A DNA stretch of 64,000 nt from Acidobacteriota bacterium (GTDB lineage Bacteria; Acidobacteriota; Terriglobia; Terriglobales; Acidobacteriaceae), in assembly GCA_019351975.1 (NCBI GenBank), contig JABBOG010000015.1, positions 1,203 to 65,202 on the forward strand, written 5' to 3'. Below the pieces are notes generated by a model. That model searched no databases. It was not told where the DNA came from and worked only from the letters and a program-made list of their open reading frames with translations. Shown here piece after piece: positions 36,298 through 46,935 of this stretch (position 1 is its first letter; each line of letters starts with the position of its first letter). The position numbers were made by a program, and so were the translations under genes.

Positions 36298-38145
36298 ATG
36301 GCCACCCCCACGAAGACACCTGCCGTCAACACGAGCGCAACGCGCGTTCTCACGACCAACAAGCATCTCATCCGTTGGGTCGAGAAGATGGCAGAGCTCA
36401 CGCAGCCCGCATCCATCCACTGGATCGACGGCTCCGAAGAAGAGAATCAATACCTCTGCGATCAGCTCGTCCAGGCAGGAACCTTTACCAAACTCAACCA
36501 GACGCTCTGGCCCGGCTGCTACTACGCACGTTCTTCTCCCAACGACGTCGCCCGCGTCGAAGACCGCACCTTCATCTGCTCGCTCTCGAAAGACAGCGCC
36601 GGTCCAACCAACAACTGGGAAGACCCCTTCGTCATGCGCAAAAGACTCAAAGCTCTCTTCCGCGGCTCCATGCGCGGGCGAACCATGTATGTCCTCGCCT
36701 ACTCCATGGGCCCCGTCGGATCACCCCTGTCACAGATCGGTGTCCAGCTCACCGACTCCGCCTACGCCGTCGTAAATATGCGTATCATGGCCCGCGTCGG
36801 TGCACCTGTGCTCGCTGAAATTGACAAAGACATCAAGCGCGTCGTCCCCTGCATGCACTCCGTCGGCGCACCTCTGGCACCCGGCGAAGAAGACGTCCCA
36901 TGGCCGCAAAACGATACCAAATACATCGTTCACTTCCCGGAGACGCGAGAGATCTGGAGTTACGGCTCCGGCTACGGCGGCAACGCTCTCCTGGGTAAAA
37001 AGTGTTTTGCGCTGCGCATCGCCTCCAATATCGCGCGTGACGAAGGCTGGATGGCCGAGCACATGCTCATCGTCGGCGTAGAATCTCCCTCCGGCGAAAA
37101 AACCTACGTCGCAGCAGCGTTCCCTTCGGCCTGTGGCAAAACAAACTTTGCGATGATGATCCCGCCAAAGGCGTTTGCAGGCTGGAAGATCTGGACCGTC
37201 GGCGACGACATCGCATGGATCAAGCCCGACAAGTCCGGCCAGCTACGCGCCATCAATCCAGAGGCCGGATTCTTCGGCGTCGCTCCCGGAACCAGCGCCA
37301 AAACCAACCCCAACGCAATGGCAACGCTCCGCCGCAACACCATCTTCACCAACGTCGCCCTCACCCCCGAAGGCGGCGTCTGGTGGGAAGGTATGACCGA
37401 TGAACCGCCCGCCGAGTGCGTCGATTGGCGCGGCGAACGCTGGACACCCGAGATCGGCCGCACCACCGGCAAACCCGCCGCGCATCCCAACGGCCGCTTC
37501 ACATCGCCCGTCTCCCAGTGCCCCTCCATCGATATGGAGGCGTGGGAGTCACCCGAAGGCGTACCCATCTCCGCATTTCTCTTCGGCGGTCGGCGCGCCT
37601 CCACCATTCCTCTCGTCTTTCAGGCCTTCAACTGGTCCTCAGGCGTCTACATCGGTGCGACCATGGGCTCAGAGACAACCGCTGCCGCCGCCGGTGCCCT
37701 TGGCAAAGTCCGCCGCGACCCCATGGCGATGCTTCCCTTCTGTGGTTACCACATGGGCGACTACTTCCGTCACTGGCTGCGCATGCAGCGCAATCTCTCC
37801 GCAACGCCACGTATCTTCCACGTCAACTGGTTTCTCAAAGACGACTCCGGGCACTTCCTATGGCCGGGCTTCAGCGACAACATGCGCGTCCTCATGTGGA
37901 TCGTGGATCGCGTGCGTGGCCGCGCCCAGGCCAAAGAAACCCCAATCGGCTGGACCCCGCACTACGAAGACATGAACTGGCAAGATCTTGATATGCCGCG
38001 CGAACGCTTCGATCAACTGCAAAAAGTCGACCGTACCGCCTGGCGTCAAGAAGTGATGAACCACGAAGAGCTCTTCCTCCTGCTCCACGATCACCTCCCA
38101 CCCGAGATGATCTACGAGCGCGAACTCCTCATCTGCAGACTATAG
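36298..38145 (+). CDS. pckG: Phosphoenolpyruvate carboxykinase (GTP)
   Basis: [57 protein letters not shown]. Confidence 0.97.
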   Translation: MATPTKTPAVNTSATRVLTTNKHLIRWVEKMAELTQPASIHWIDGSEEENQYLCDQLVQAGTFTKLNQTLWPGCYYARSSPNDVARVEDRTFICSLSKDSAGPTNNWEDPFVMRKRLKALFRGSMRGRTMYVLAYSMGPVGSPLSQIGVQLTDSAYAVVNMRIMARVGAPVLAEIDKDIKRVVPCMHSVGAPLAPGEEDVPWPQNDTKYIVHFPETREIWSYGSGYGGNALLGKKCFALRIASNIARDEGWMAEHMLIVGVESPSGEKTYVAAAFPSACGKTNFAMMIPPKAFAGWKIWTVGDDIAWIKPDKSGQLRAINPEAGFFGVAPGTSAKTNPNAMATLRRNTIFTNVALTPEGGVWWEGMTDEPPAECVDWRGERWTPEIGRTTGKPAAHPNGRFTSPVSQCPSIDMEAWESPEGVPISAFLFGGRRASTIPLVFQAFNWSSGVYIGATMGSETTAAAAGALGKVRRDPMAMLPFCGYHMGDYFRHWLRMQRNLSATPRIFHVNWFLKDDSGHFLWPGFSDNMRVLMWIVDRVRGRAQAKETPIGWTPHYEDMNWQDLDMPRERFDQLQKVDRTAWRQEVMNHEELFLLLHDHLPPEMIYERELLICRL

Positions 38146-38170
38146 TGCAGCGCACCACCGCCATAAGCTG

Positions 38171-38755
38171 TCAGCGAGGAAAGATCGTCGCGAAGATCTT
38201 CGGAACAATCATCTCAAGCTGAGCACACGTCAGAACGTGAGGACTGAACCGCGCATTCAGCGAAAACCCCTCCAGCACAGCCTCAATTGCCAGCGTGGTT
38301 TGCTGCGTTTCCAGCAGACTTTCATTCTTCTCCGGAAATAAATCTGAGAACTCCTGCCGGTGTACCGACGTGCTCGCATCGAGATGCTTCGCAGACAAAT
38401 CATCCAGCATCTCAGGATGCCGCAGCGCGAAGAGTTTGAACTCAATCTGCAAGATCTGAGCCTGCGGATCGCAGATACGCTCGATAAGGTAGCGCGTCAC
38501 GGCGGCATACCGCGCCTCATCTCCCGTAATGCTCTCCAGCCGCTCGCGAATCTCCCGCGCATGACGTCGCGCGATGACACCGCGCAGCGCTAGAAAGACC
38601 TCTGCCTTCGAATCGAAGTTCGCATAAAAAGCTCCGCGGCTGCGTCCCGCCTCCCCCGCGATATCCTCAATCCTCGAAGCCTCAAAACCATCGCGCGCAA
38701 ACACTGCCTCAGCCGCACGCAGCAAATCGCTCCGCGTACGCTCTGATTTGAGCAT
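38171..38755 (-). CDS. TetR/AcrR family transcriptional regulator
   Basis: LLRAAEAVFARDGFEASRIEDIAGEAGRSRGAFYANFDSK HTH; divergent from the RND operon; start uncertain. Confidence 0.92.
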   Translation of the reverse strand: MLKSERTRSDLLRAAEAVFARDGFEASRIEDIAGEAGRSRGAFYANFDSKAEVFLALRGVIARRHAREIRERLESITGDEARYAAVTRYLIERICDPQAQILQIEFKLFALRHPEMLDDLSAKHLDASTSVHRQEFSDLFPEKNESLLETQQTTLAIEAVLEGFSLNARFSPHVLTCAQLEMIVPKIFATIFPR

Positions 38756-38850
38756 TCGGCCCGCAGACCGCGCGCGAAATGCTCCTTCTTCCTCAACCAA
38801 CGGTCTGCACCAGATTATTTTGCATCGAACAACCTCGCTCAAGCATATAT

Positions 38851-38864
38851 ACATACACGTATGT
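38851..38864. promoter_or_regulatory. Putative TetR operator
   Basis: Perfect ACATAC-AC-GTATGT palindrome between tetR and the RND operon; half-site resembles the E. coli AcrR TACATAC half-site. Confidence 0.6.
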
Positions 38865-38909
38865 TTTCAACAGACGCTCCTGCTCTTGACTGACACCTCA
38901 GAGGTATTC

Positions 38910-40112
38910 ATGCTCCTTCGTACAGATCTGCGATCTGCAGCCCGTCCCATCATCCTCTTCTCGGTGGTAGCTCTCTGCTCCATCGCCGGATGCAAAACTG
39001 CAGGCGCCCCACCACGCACAGCCGGGCCCCAGGGAGCTCTACCCGTGCAGGTTGTTACATCCGTTCAGCAGAACGTCCCGCTCATGGGCAACTGGGTTGC
39101 GACCACCGACGGGTACATCAACGCGCAGATTCAACCCCAGGTCTCCGGCTACCTCATCCGCCAGAACTACAAAGAAGGCAGCGAGGTCCACAAAGGCCAG
39201 GTCCTCTTCGAGATCGATCCACGGCCACTCCAGGCCGTCCTCGACCAGACCAAAGCTGCCGTCGCGCAAGCAGAGGCGCAACTCCAGTTAGCCACCATCA
39301 ACGTCAAGCGCGATACCCCTCTGGCCGAAGCCCACGCCATCGCGCAAAGCCAGCTCGACAACGACGTCCAGACGCAGGCCGCCGATAAAGCCGCCGTCGC
39401 CAGTGCACAGGCTTCCATGGCCTCCGCGCAGCTCAACGTCGGCTTCACGCAGGTCCGTTCGCTCATCGACGGCGTCGCAGGCCAGGCCATGTTACAGGTC
39501 GGCAGCCTCGTCAATCCGTCCTCGGTTCTCACTTCGGTCTCGCAACTCAAACCCATCAAGGTCTACTTCTATATCAGCGAGCAGGAGTATCTCGAACTCT
39601 CCGCCCAGGCCAAATCCCGAGGCAAGGCCGACCTCCTCTCCTCCGGCAACGCGATCCCGCTCAAGCTCACTCTGTCCAACAATCAGGTATTCCCCCAGAC
39701 CGGCCACATCATCTTCATCGACCGCTCCGTCAGCGCGCAAACCGGCAGCCTCCGGCTCGCAGCAGAGTTCGCAAACCCCGGAAACCTCCTTCGCCCCGGC
39801 CAGTTCGGTCGCGTCTCCGCCGAAACCAGCATCCTGCACAATGCCATTATCGTGCCTCAGCAGGCTGTCTCAGAACTGCAAGGCTTGAACCAGATCATCG
39901 TCGTCGGCGCAGACAACATCGCGCACATCCGAACGGTGCAGCTTGGTCCGCAGATCGGCCAAAACATCGTCATCAACAGCGGCCTTAATGCCGGCGAGCA
40001 AGTCGTCACCGAAGGCAACGAGAAGGTAAAGGATGGGATGAAGCTGATGCCCCAGCCCGAGCCATTCCCCACCGCCGCGCCCTCCACCCCTACAACCACG
40101 CAGGGGAACTAA
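38910..40112 (+). CDS. RND efflux periplasmic adaptor (membrane fusion protein)
   Basis: IAGC lipobox-like, IQPQVSGYL, EGSEVHKGQVLFEID, VRSLIDG, LLRPGQF; GAGGT SD. Confidence 0.93.
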   Translation: MLLRTDLRSAARPIILFSVVALCSIAGCKTAGAPPRTAGPQGALPVQVVTSVQQNVPLMGNWVATTDGYINAQIQPQVSGYLIRQNYKEGSEVHKGQVLFEIDPRPLQAVLDQTKAAVAQAEAQLQLATINVKRDTPLAEAHAIAQSQLDNDVQTQAADKAAVASAQASMASAQLNVGFTQVRSLIDGVAGQAMLQVGSLVNPSSVLTSVSQLKPIKVYFYISEQEYLELSAQAKSRGKADLLSSGNAIPLKLTLSNNQVFPQTGHIIFIDRSVSAQTGSLRLAAEFANPGNLLRPGQFGRVSAETSILHNAIIVPQQAVSELQGLNQIIVVGADNIAHIRTVQLGPQIGQNIVINSGLNAGEQVVTEGNEKVKDGMKLMPQPEPFPTAAPSTPTTTQGN

Positions 40113-40115
40113 TTC

Positions 40116-43100
40116 ATGATCTCGAAGTTCTTCATTCGTCGTCCCATCGTCGCTATCGTCATCGCCATCCTGATGGTCATCGGCGGCCTTGTCTCCATGC
40201 TGACGCTGCCCACCGCGCAGTTCCCCAACATCGTTCCTCCAGAGATCCTCGTCCAGGCCACCTACCCCGGTGCCGACGCCAAAACCCTCGAAGAAGCGGT
40301 TGCCACGCCCATCGAGCAGCAGATGAACGGTGTCGACAACATGAACTACATGGAGTCCACCAACGCCAGCAACGGTCTCACCCAGCTCACCGTTGATTTC
40401 GGCGTCGGCACCAACTCGGACACCGACCAGATCCTCTCACAGCTTCGCGTCTCGCAGGCCCAGAGCCAGCTGCCCGCTGAGGTCAGCGTCGCCGGCCTCA
40501 CCGTACTCAAGTCGCTCAGCTCACCCCTGATGCTGCTCGCCGTATCGTCCCCCAACTCCACCTACGACGGCACCTTCCTCGCCAACTACGCCTACATCAA
40601 CCTCGTCGACGACATCACCCGCGTCAAAGGCGTCGCCCGCGTCCAGGTCTTCGGCGCAGGCCAGTACGCCCTGCGCGTCTGGGTCAAGCCCGACCAGCTC
40701 GCCAAACTTGGCGTCACCATTCCCCAGATCACGGCCGCACTGCAGGCACAAAACACCGTCAATCCCGCCGGCCAGATCGGTGGCGAGCCCGTTCCCAACG
40801 GCCAGCAGTTCACATACACCGTCCGCACGCAGGGCCGCCTCGTCAGCGCAAAGCAGTTCGGCGACATCATCCTGCGCTCCAATCCCGATGGCTCCGTGCT
40901 CCACCTCCGCGACGTCGCCCGCATCGACCTCGGCGCACAGACCTACAACCTCGCTGGCCGATTCAACAGCAAACCCGGCGCCATCATGGCCGTCTATCAG
41001 CTCCCCGGATCCAACGCCGTGCAGACTGCAAAAGACGTTCGCGCGCGCATGGACCAGCTCGTCCCGACCTTCCCTCCGGATATGCGTTATGACGTTGCGC
41101 TCGACACCACAGCCGCCGTCAACGCAGGCATCCACGAGATCCTCGTCACCCTCCTGATCGCCCTTGTTCTCGTCATCCTCGTCGTCTACATCTTCCTTCA
41201 GGGCTGGCGCGCAACACTCATCCCTCTGCTCGCCGTGCCTGTCTCTCTCATCGGCACCTTCATGGTGTTCCCGCTCCTAGGCTTCTCCATCAACACGCTT
41301 TCGCTCTTCGGCTTGGTCCTCGCCATCGGCCTCGTTGTCGACGACGCCATCGTCGTCGTCGAAGCCGTCGAGCACCACATCGAAGAAGGCATGACGCCGC
41401 TCGAAGCCTCCTACGCCGCCATGGAGCAGGTCGCCAGCCCCGTCATCGCCATCGCCCTCATCCTCACCGCCGTCTTCGTTCCGACAGCGTTCATCCCCGG
41501 CATCACCGGCCGCCTGTATCAGCAGTTTGCTGTGACCATCGCAATCTCGGTCATCTTCTCTGCCTTCAATGCACTCACCCTCAGCCCGGCCCTTTGTGCC
41601 ATGCTCCTCAAGCCAAAGAAAGAATCCAAAGGTCCTCTGGCCCGCTTCTTCCGCTCTTTCAACCGAGGCTTCGCGCGCGTCACCAACGGCTACGTCAGCA
41701 CCTCCGGTTGGCTCGTTCGTAAATCCATCGTCGGCATCCTGATCATCGCCGTCCTCAGTGTCTTCGTTCTCCTGCTCGGATCGAAGATCCCCGGCGGCTT
41801 CCTCCCCACAGAAGACCAGGGCTACGCCTTCGTCAACCTCCAACTTCCTCAAGCCGCCTCCCTGCAGCGCACATCGCAGGCCGCAACCTCCGTCGAAAAC
41901 GCGCTGCATCAAGTTCCTGGCGTCGAGAGCGTCACCTCCGTCGTCGGCTTCAGTCTCCTCAGCCAGACCCAAAGCACCTACAACGCATTCTTCTTCGTCA
42001 CGCTCAAGAACTGGGATCAACGCAAGAGTAAAGATGAGCAGTTCGCCGCCGTTCAGGCCAATCTGGCAAAGGCTCTCGGCGGCGTCAAGCAAGGCATCGC
42101 ATTCTCCTTCCCGCCACCGGCCATCCCCGGCCTGGGCAGCTCCGGCGGCGTCAGCCTCGTTCTCGAAGACCGCTCTGGCGGCAGCGATCCCAACTTCCTC
42201 ACGACGAACCTCTACAAGTTCCTTGGCGCTGCCTCCAAACGCCCCGAGATCGCAGCCGCCATCCCCACCTACTACCCCGCCGTTCCGCAGCTTTACGTCG
42301 ATGTCGACCGCGAGAAGGTAGCGCAGCAGCAAGTCAATCTCGCCGACGTCTACACCACGATGCAGGCCTTCATGGGTGGATCGCTCGTCAACTACTTCAA
42401 CCGCTTCGGCCGCCAGTGGCAGACCTATGTCGAGGCCGAAGGCGATTCCCGCACCAACATCGACAACATCGGCCAGTTCTACGTCACCGCCGCCAACGGC
42501 AACCGCGTCCCACTCAGCGCACTCGCCACCGTTCGCCGCGTCACAGGACCCGAATTCACCACACGCTTCAACGAGCACGAAGCCGCACAGATCACCATCG
42601 TCGGCGCGCCCGGATACAGTTCCGGCCAGGTCATGGCTGCGCTCGAACAAACCTTCGCCAAGACCATGCCCCCTGGCATGGGATACGACTACCAGGGCAT
42701 GAGCTATCAGGAAAAGAAGGCGCAGGAGAGCATCCCAGCGTGGGTCGTCTACTCCCTCTCCATCCTCTTCTGCTTCCTCATCCTTGCGGCCCAATATGAG
42801 AGCTGGTCGCTTCCCTTCGGCGTTCTGCTCAGCACACCCGTTGCCATCTTCGGTGCCTATCTCGCGCTCACCCTGCGACGCCTCGAGAATGATGTCTACG
42901 CGCAGATCGGTCTCGTCATGCTCATCGGCCTCTCCGCGAAAAACGCTATCCTCATCGTCGAATTCGCAAAGGACGAATACGCCAAAGGAGAAACCATCTT
43001 CAACGCGGCCATGAACGGTGCTAGGCTGCGCTTTCGTCCCATCCTCATGACGGCCTTTGCCTTCATCCTTGGCTGCGTGCCCCTGTGGGTCGCAACCGGT

Positions 43101-43340
43101 GCTGGCGGCGTCTCACGCCAGATCCTCGGCACCGTCGTCATCGGCGGCATGCTCGCCGCCACGCTCATCGCCATCTTCCTGATCCCCGTCACCTTCTCGC
43201 TTGCCGAACGAGTTGCCAGCCGCTTCGGCGCAGACCACTCCGGCAGTCTCGACGCAAAGGGACACCCCGACGACGCCCTACCTCCACCCCACTCCATCGC
43301 CGCCGATCACAACGATCCCTCGCACGGAGGAAACGTATGA
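40116..43340 (+). CDS. RND efflux permease, HAE1 family
   Basis: MISKFFIRRP, GLVLAIGLVVDDAIVVVE, GLSAKNAILIVEFA, RFRPILMT; 1074 aa. Confidence 0.97.
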   Translation: MISKFFIRRPIVAIVIAILMVIGGLVSMLTLPTAQFPNIVPPEILVQATYPGADAKTLEEAVATPIEQQMNGVDNMNYMESTNASNGLTQLTVDFGVGTNSDTDQILSQLRVSQAQSQLPAEVSVAGLTVLKSLSSPLMLLAVSSPNSTYDGTFLANYAYINLVDDITRVKGVARVQVFGAGQYALRVWVKPDQLAKLGVTIPQITAALQAQNTVNPAGQIGGEPVPNGQQFTYTVRTQGRLVSAKQFGDIILRSNPDGSVLHLRDVARIDLGAQTYNLAGRFNSKPGAIMAVYQLPGSNAVQTAKDVRARMDQLVPTFPPDMRYDVALDTTAAVNAGIHEILVTLLIALVLVILVVYIFLQGWRATLIPLLAVPVSLIGTFMVFPLLGFSINTLSLFGLVLAIGLVVDDAIVVVEAVEHHIEEGMTPLEASYAAMEQVASPVIAIALILTAVFVPTAFIPGITGRLYQQFAVTIAISVIFSAFNALTLSPALCAMLLKPKKESKGPLARFFRSFNRGFARVTNGYVSTSGWLVRKSIVGILIIAVLSVFVLLLGSKIPGGFLPTEDQGYAFVNLQLPQAASLQRTSQAATSVENALHQVPGVESVTSVVGFSLLSQTQSTYNAFFFVTLKNWDQRKSKDEQFAAVQANLAKALGGVKQGIAFSFPPPAIPGLGSSGGVSLVLEDRSGGSDPNFLTTNLYKFLGAASKRPEIAAAIPTYYPAVPQLYVDVDREKVAQQQVNLADVYTTMQAFMGGSLVNYFNRFGRQWQTYVEAEGDSRTNIDNIGQFYVTAANGNRVPLSALATVRRVTGPEFTTRFNEHEAAQITIVGAPGYSSGQVMAALEQTFAKTMPPGMGYDYQGMSYQEKKAQESIPAWVVYSLSILFCFLILAAQYESWSLPFGVLLSTPVAIFGAYLALTLRRLENDVYAQIGLVMLIGLSAKNAILIVEFAKDEYAKGETIFNAAMNGARLRFRPILMTAFAFILGCVPLWVATGAGGVSRQILGTVVIGGMLAATLIAIFLIPVTFSLAERVASRFGADHSGSLDAKGHPDDALPPPHSIAADHNDPSHGGNV

Positions 43341-44785
43341 ACCACCCCGCACGCACACTATCCGCTCTCGCCGTTCTGATCGTCGTCTCCGGCTGCAAGG
43401 TCGGCCCCAACTACAAGCGTCCCGTCGTCAGTACACCCGCCAGCTACCGCGGTGCTCTCGCTCCCGACATCGCCGTCAACAGCACCGCGCCACCGCTCGG
43501 CGCGCAAAAGTGGAACACCGTCTTCACCGACCCCGTTCTCCAACAACTCATCACGGAAGCCCTCAAAAACAACTACGACGTGAAGATCGCCGCGGACCGA
43601 GTGCTCGAAGAGCAAGCCCAGGTAGGCGTCACCAAAGCGGGCCAGTACCCCACGCTCAGCGTCGGCGGAACCTATGACGCCCTCGGCCTGCCCAGTAGCC
43701 TCCTCAACGGCCTCAACAATAACTCCAGCTCTGGCAACAGTTCCAAGAGCAACACCTCATCCACACACTACTACGCCGGTGGCCTCACCGCCTCCGCTGC
43801 CTGGAACCTCGACTTCTGGGGCTACTACCGTCGCCAGACCGAAGCCGCGCAAGCCTATCTCCGCGCCACAGAGTGGGCCCAGCAAACCACGTACAGCACC
43901 CTCATCGAAAGCGTCGCCACGGCCTACTACCAGCTCCGCACCCTCGACGCCGAACTCGCCGTCACCCAAAGCACCCTCGACGCACGCAAGCAGTCGCTCG
44001 ATCTCACCCAGAAGCTCGAGCAGGGCGGCTCCAACTCCCTCGCCGACGTTCGTCAGGCGCAAGAGCTTTACTACACCGCTCAGGCCCAAATCCCTGACCT
44101 CGAACGCCAGATTGCCCAGCAGGAAAACAACCTTCGTCTTCTCCTCGGCAAGTCTCCCGGTGACATCCCCCGCGGCAACAACATCGCCGATCAGCCTCAC
44201 CCCGTAGACGTTCCCGTCGGCCTTCCCTCCGACCTTCTCGAGCGCCGCCCCGACATCCGCCGCGCCGAGCAGCTGCTCGTCCAGGCCAACGCGAACATCG
44301 GCGTCGCCCGTGCGCTTTACTTTCCGCAGCTCTCCATCTCAGGCTCCGGAGGAACCTCCAGCAGTCAACTCAAAGGTCTCGTAGATTCCGGCAACTTCTA
44401 CTACTACGCCATCGGCAGCCTCTCCCAACCCATCTTCGACGGAGGCAAAATCCGCAGCAACTACCACCTTGCCCAGGCGCAGGATAAAGAGCTCCTCGAC
44501 ACCTACCAGCAGACCATCGCCGGTGCCCTCCGCGACGTCTCCAACGCCCTGATCGCCTACAACAAATCACGCGAGTACCGCGAGCAGCAGCAAAAAGAAA
44601 CCGACGCCTCCGCCGACGCCGTACGCCTCGCGCGCATGCGCTTCGACAGCGGCTACACCAGCTACCTCGAAGTCCTCACCACCGACACCAACCTGTATAA
44701 CGCGCAGCTGACGCTCCAGGCCGCCGACCAACAGGAAGCCCAATCACTCGTGCAGCTCTACAACGCGCTCGGAGGCGGCTGGTAG
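43337..44785 (+). CDS. Outer membrane efflux lipoprotein (NodT/OprM family)
   Basis: VSGCKVGPNY lipoprotein start, PSDLLERRPDIRRAE, SYLEVL, LYNALGGGW; ATGA overlap at 43337. Confidence 0.95.
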   Translation: MNHPARTLSALAVLIVVSGCKVGPNYKRPVVSTPASYRGALAPDIAVNSTAPPLGAQKWNTVFTDPVLQQLITEALKNNYDVKIAADRVLEEQAQVGVTKAGQYPTLSVGGTYDALGLPSSLLNGLNNNSSSGNSSKSNTSSTHYYAGGLTASAAWNLDFWGYYRRQTEAAQAYLRATEWAQQTTYSTLIESVATAYYQLRTLDAELAVTQSTLDARKQSLDLTQKLEQGGSNSLADVRQAQELYYTAQAQIPDLERQIAQQENNLRLLLGKSPGDIPRGNNIADQPHPVDVPVGLPSDLLERRPDIRRAEQLLVQANANIGVARALYFPQLSISGSGGTSSSQLKGLVDSGNFYYYAIGSLSQPIFDGGKIRSNYHLAQAQDKELLDTYQQTIAGALRDVSNALIAYNKSREYREQQQKETDASADAVRLARMRFDSGYTSYLEVLTTDTNLYNAQLTLQAADQQEAQSLVQLYNALGGGW

Positions 44786-44786
44786 A

Positions 44787-45866
44787 CTACGCTTCCGCCT
44801 CCAGCCGCTGCCGCCAAACTTCAATCGACGCCACATCCTCCGCTGAAAATGTCAGGTGCCCAACCTTTCGCCCCGGTCGACCCTCCTTGCCATAATCATG
44901 CCGCGCCAATCCTGCGTACTTCGCCGTCTCCTCTTCGCGCGGCATCGACCCAATACAATTCAGCAGCACCGTAGGCCGGCTCTGCGTGCTCCCAAGCTCC
45001 ATCCCGCAGATCGCTCGCAGATGATTCGCAAACTGCGAGGTCGCCGCGCCCTCAATCGTCCAATGGCCCGAGTTATGCACCCGCGGCGCCATCTCATTCG
45101 CGAGCAGCACATCCTCTCTAACAAAAAATTCAATCGCCAGCACACCAATATACTCAAGCTTCTCCAACACCGATCGCATATACTGCTCGGCGAGTCGCTG
45201 CAGATCGCCGTCGACAAAAGGTGCCCTCGAGACACGAAGTATGCCATCCTCGTGAACGTTCTCCACCAGCGGATAAAAGACAATCTCCCCCCCACGCCCG
45301 CGCGCCGCAATCAGAGAAACCTCCGCCGAGAACGACACTCGACCCTCAAGGATGCACGGCACTCCGCCTACCTCGGTCCACGCCTCAGCAGCCTGTTCAA
45401 CACTGTGCAGACGCACTTGCCCCTTGCCGTCATAACCCATCCGCCGCGTCTTGAGAATCGCAGGCAGCCCAATACTCTCCGCCGCCCGCTGTAGATCCTC
45501 CAGGCTGTCCACTTGCGCAAACGGCGCCGTTCCAATACCGCACGCTTGAAAAAACTGCTTCTCTATCAGCCGGTCCTGGGCAATCCCCACCGCCCTTGCA
45601 TTCGGATATAGATTCAGCCCCTGCAATACCTCAGCGTGAATATTCTCGCTCTCAATCGTCACCAGATCCACGCTATCCGCGAAAGCCGCAACCTCCCGCG
45701 CATCATCCAGATCGACACGCACCACCTCCGCAACTTGCCCCGCACAATCCCCCGGCTGCCCCGCACAAACAACGGAAACACCCAGTGAATCCGCGGCTTC
45801 CGCCAGCATCAGCGCCAACTGGCCCGCACCAAGAACTCCAACGCGCTGCTTCTTCTCTGAAATCAT
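44787..45866 (-). CDS. purK: N5-carboxyaminoimidazole ribonucleotide synthase
   Basis: [53 protein letters not shown]. Confidence 0.96.
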   Translation of the reverse strand: MISEKKQRVGVLGAGQLALMLAEAADSLGVSVVCAGQPGDCAGQVAEVVRVDLDDAREVAAFADSVDLVTIESENIHAEVLQGLNLYPNARAVGIAQDRLIEKQFFQACGIGTAPFAQVDSLEDLQRAAESIGLPAILKTRRMGYDGKGQVRLHSVEQAAEAWTEVGGVPCILEGRVSFSAEVSLIAARGRGGEIVFYPLVENVHEDGILRVSRAPFVDGDLQRLAEQYMRSVLEKLEYIGVLAIEFFVREDVLLANEMAPRVHNSGHWTIEGAATSQFANHLRAICGMELGSTQSRPTVLLNCIGSMPREEETAKYAGLARHDYGKEGRPGRKVGHLTFSAEDVASIEVWRQRLEAEA

Positions 45867-46363
45867 TGGCGCGGGTCCGATCCCTTCATCACCGTCTCCG
45901 TCTGCGTCCTGCGAAAGCCTTCCAGCCGCTGCCCCAGCGCCTCATCTTCAAGCGCCAGAATCTGTGCCGCGAAGAGCCCAGCATTCTTCGCTCCGGCCTC
46001 ACCAATCGCAAACGTCGCCACCGGTATGCCCGCAGGCATCTGCACGATCGACAGCAGCGAGTCGATACCATTGAGCGCACTGCTCTTTACCGGCACACCG
46101 AGCACAGGTAAAGTCGTCTTCGCCGCCACCATCCCCGGCAGATGCGCCGCTCCTCCAGCTCCAGCAATGATGATCCTGATGCCGCGCCCCTTTGCCTGCG
46201 CCGCATACTGCATCATCCTGTCGGGCGTTCTGTGCGCAGACACCACCTCAACCTCGTAACCAACACCAACGTCGTCCAACATCTTCGCTGCGCCCTCCAT
46301 CGTGGCCCAGTCCGACCTCGAACCCATGATGATGCCAACCTGAACCAATCTCGCATGCGACAT
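45863..46363 (-). CDS. purE: N5-CAIR mutase
   Basis: [36 protein letters not shown]; TGATG overlap with purN puts the start at 46363. Confidence 0.97.
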   Translation of the reverse strand: MSHARLVQVGIIMGSRSDWATMEGAAKMLDDVGVGYEVEVVSAHRTPDRMMQYAAQAKGRGIRIIIAGAGGAAHLPGMVAAKTTLPVLGVPVKSSALNGIDSLLSIVQMPAGIPVATFAIGEAGAKNAGLFAAQILALEDEALGQRLEGFRRTQTETVMKGSDPRQ

Positions 46364-46935
46364 CACGACCTCCATCCGCGTAACACCTCGACGAACGCAA
46401 CCTGCTCCAGCGCCTGCACACGCTCTTTCAACGTCTCAGCCGTATCTCCGGGCAGCACAGCGCAACGCCTCTGTAGCACAATCGTTCCACCATCCACCTC
46501 TTCTGTTACTTGATGGATCGTACATCCTGTCTCGCTCACTCTCGACTCCAGCACAGCCTCATGCACCTTGAGATTCATCAGTCCGCCAAACGCCGGCAGC
46601 AGAGACGGATGCACATTCAGCAGCCTTCCGCGCCACGTCTCCACAAACGCCGCGGACACAATCCGCATGTACCCGATCAGCAGCACAAGCTCAGTATCAG
46701 CGTCCATCAACGCCTGCGTTACGCGCTCGTCGTATGTCTCGCGCGTCAAACCCGCTGGATCAACAAACCTCGCAGGCACTCCATACTTCGCAGCACGCTC
46801 GAGAATCGGCGCACTCCGCTTGTCCGACGCAACCAACACAATATCAACGTCCAGTTGCCCCTGCGCCACCGCATCGAGTATCCCCTGCAGCGCAGTTCCG
46901 CGCGTTGACCCGAGAACCCCAACCTTCAATCGCAT
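46363..46935 (-). CDS. purN: Phosphoribosylglycinamide formyltransferase
   Basis: [41 protein letters not shown]. Confidence 0.95.
   Translation of the reverse strand: MRLKVGVLGSTRGTALQGILDAVAQGQLDVDIVLVASDKRSAPILERAAKYGVPARFVDPAGLTRETYDERVTQALMDADTELVLLIGYMRIVSAAFVETWRGRLLNVHPSLLPAFGGLMNLKVHEAVLESRVSETGCTIHQVTEEVDGGTIVLQRRCAVLPGDTAETLKERVQALEQVAFVEVLRGWRS

Noticed and set aside
43085-43336. Upstream extension of the outer membrane factor
   Set aside because: Overlaps the permease; ATG 43337 has a GGAGG SD and a lipoprotein signal.
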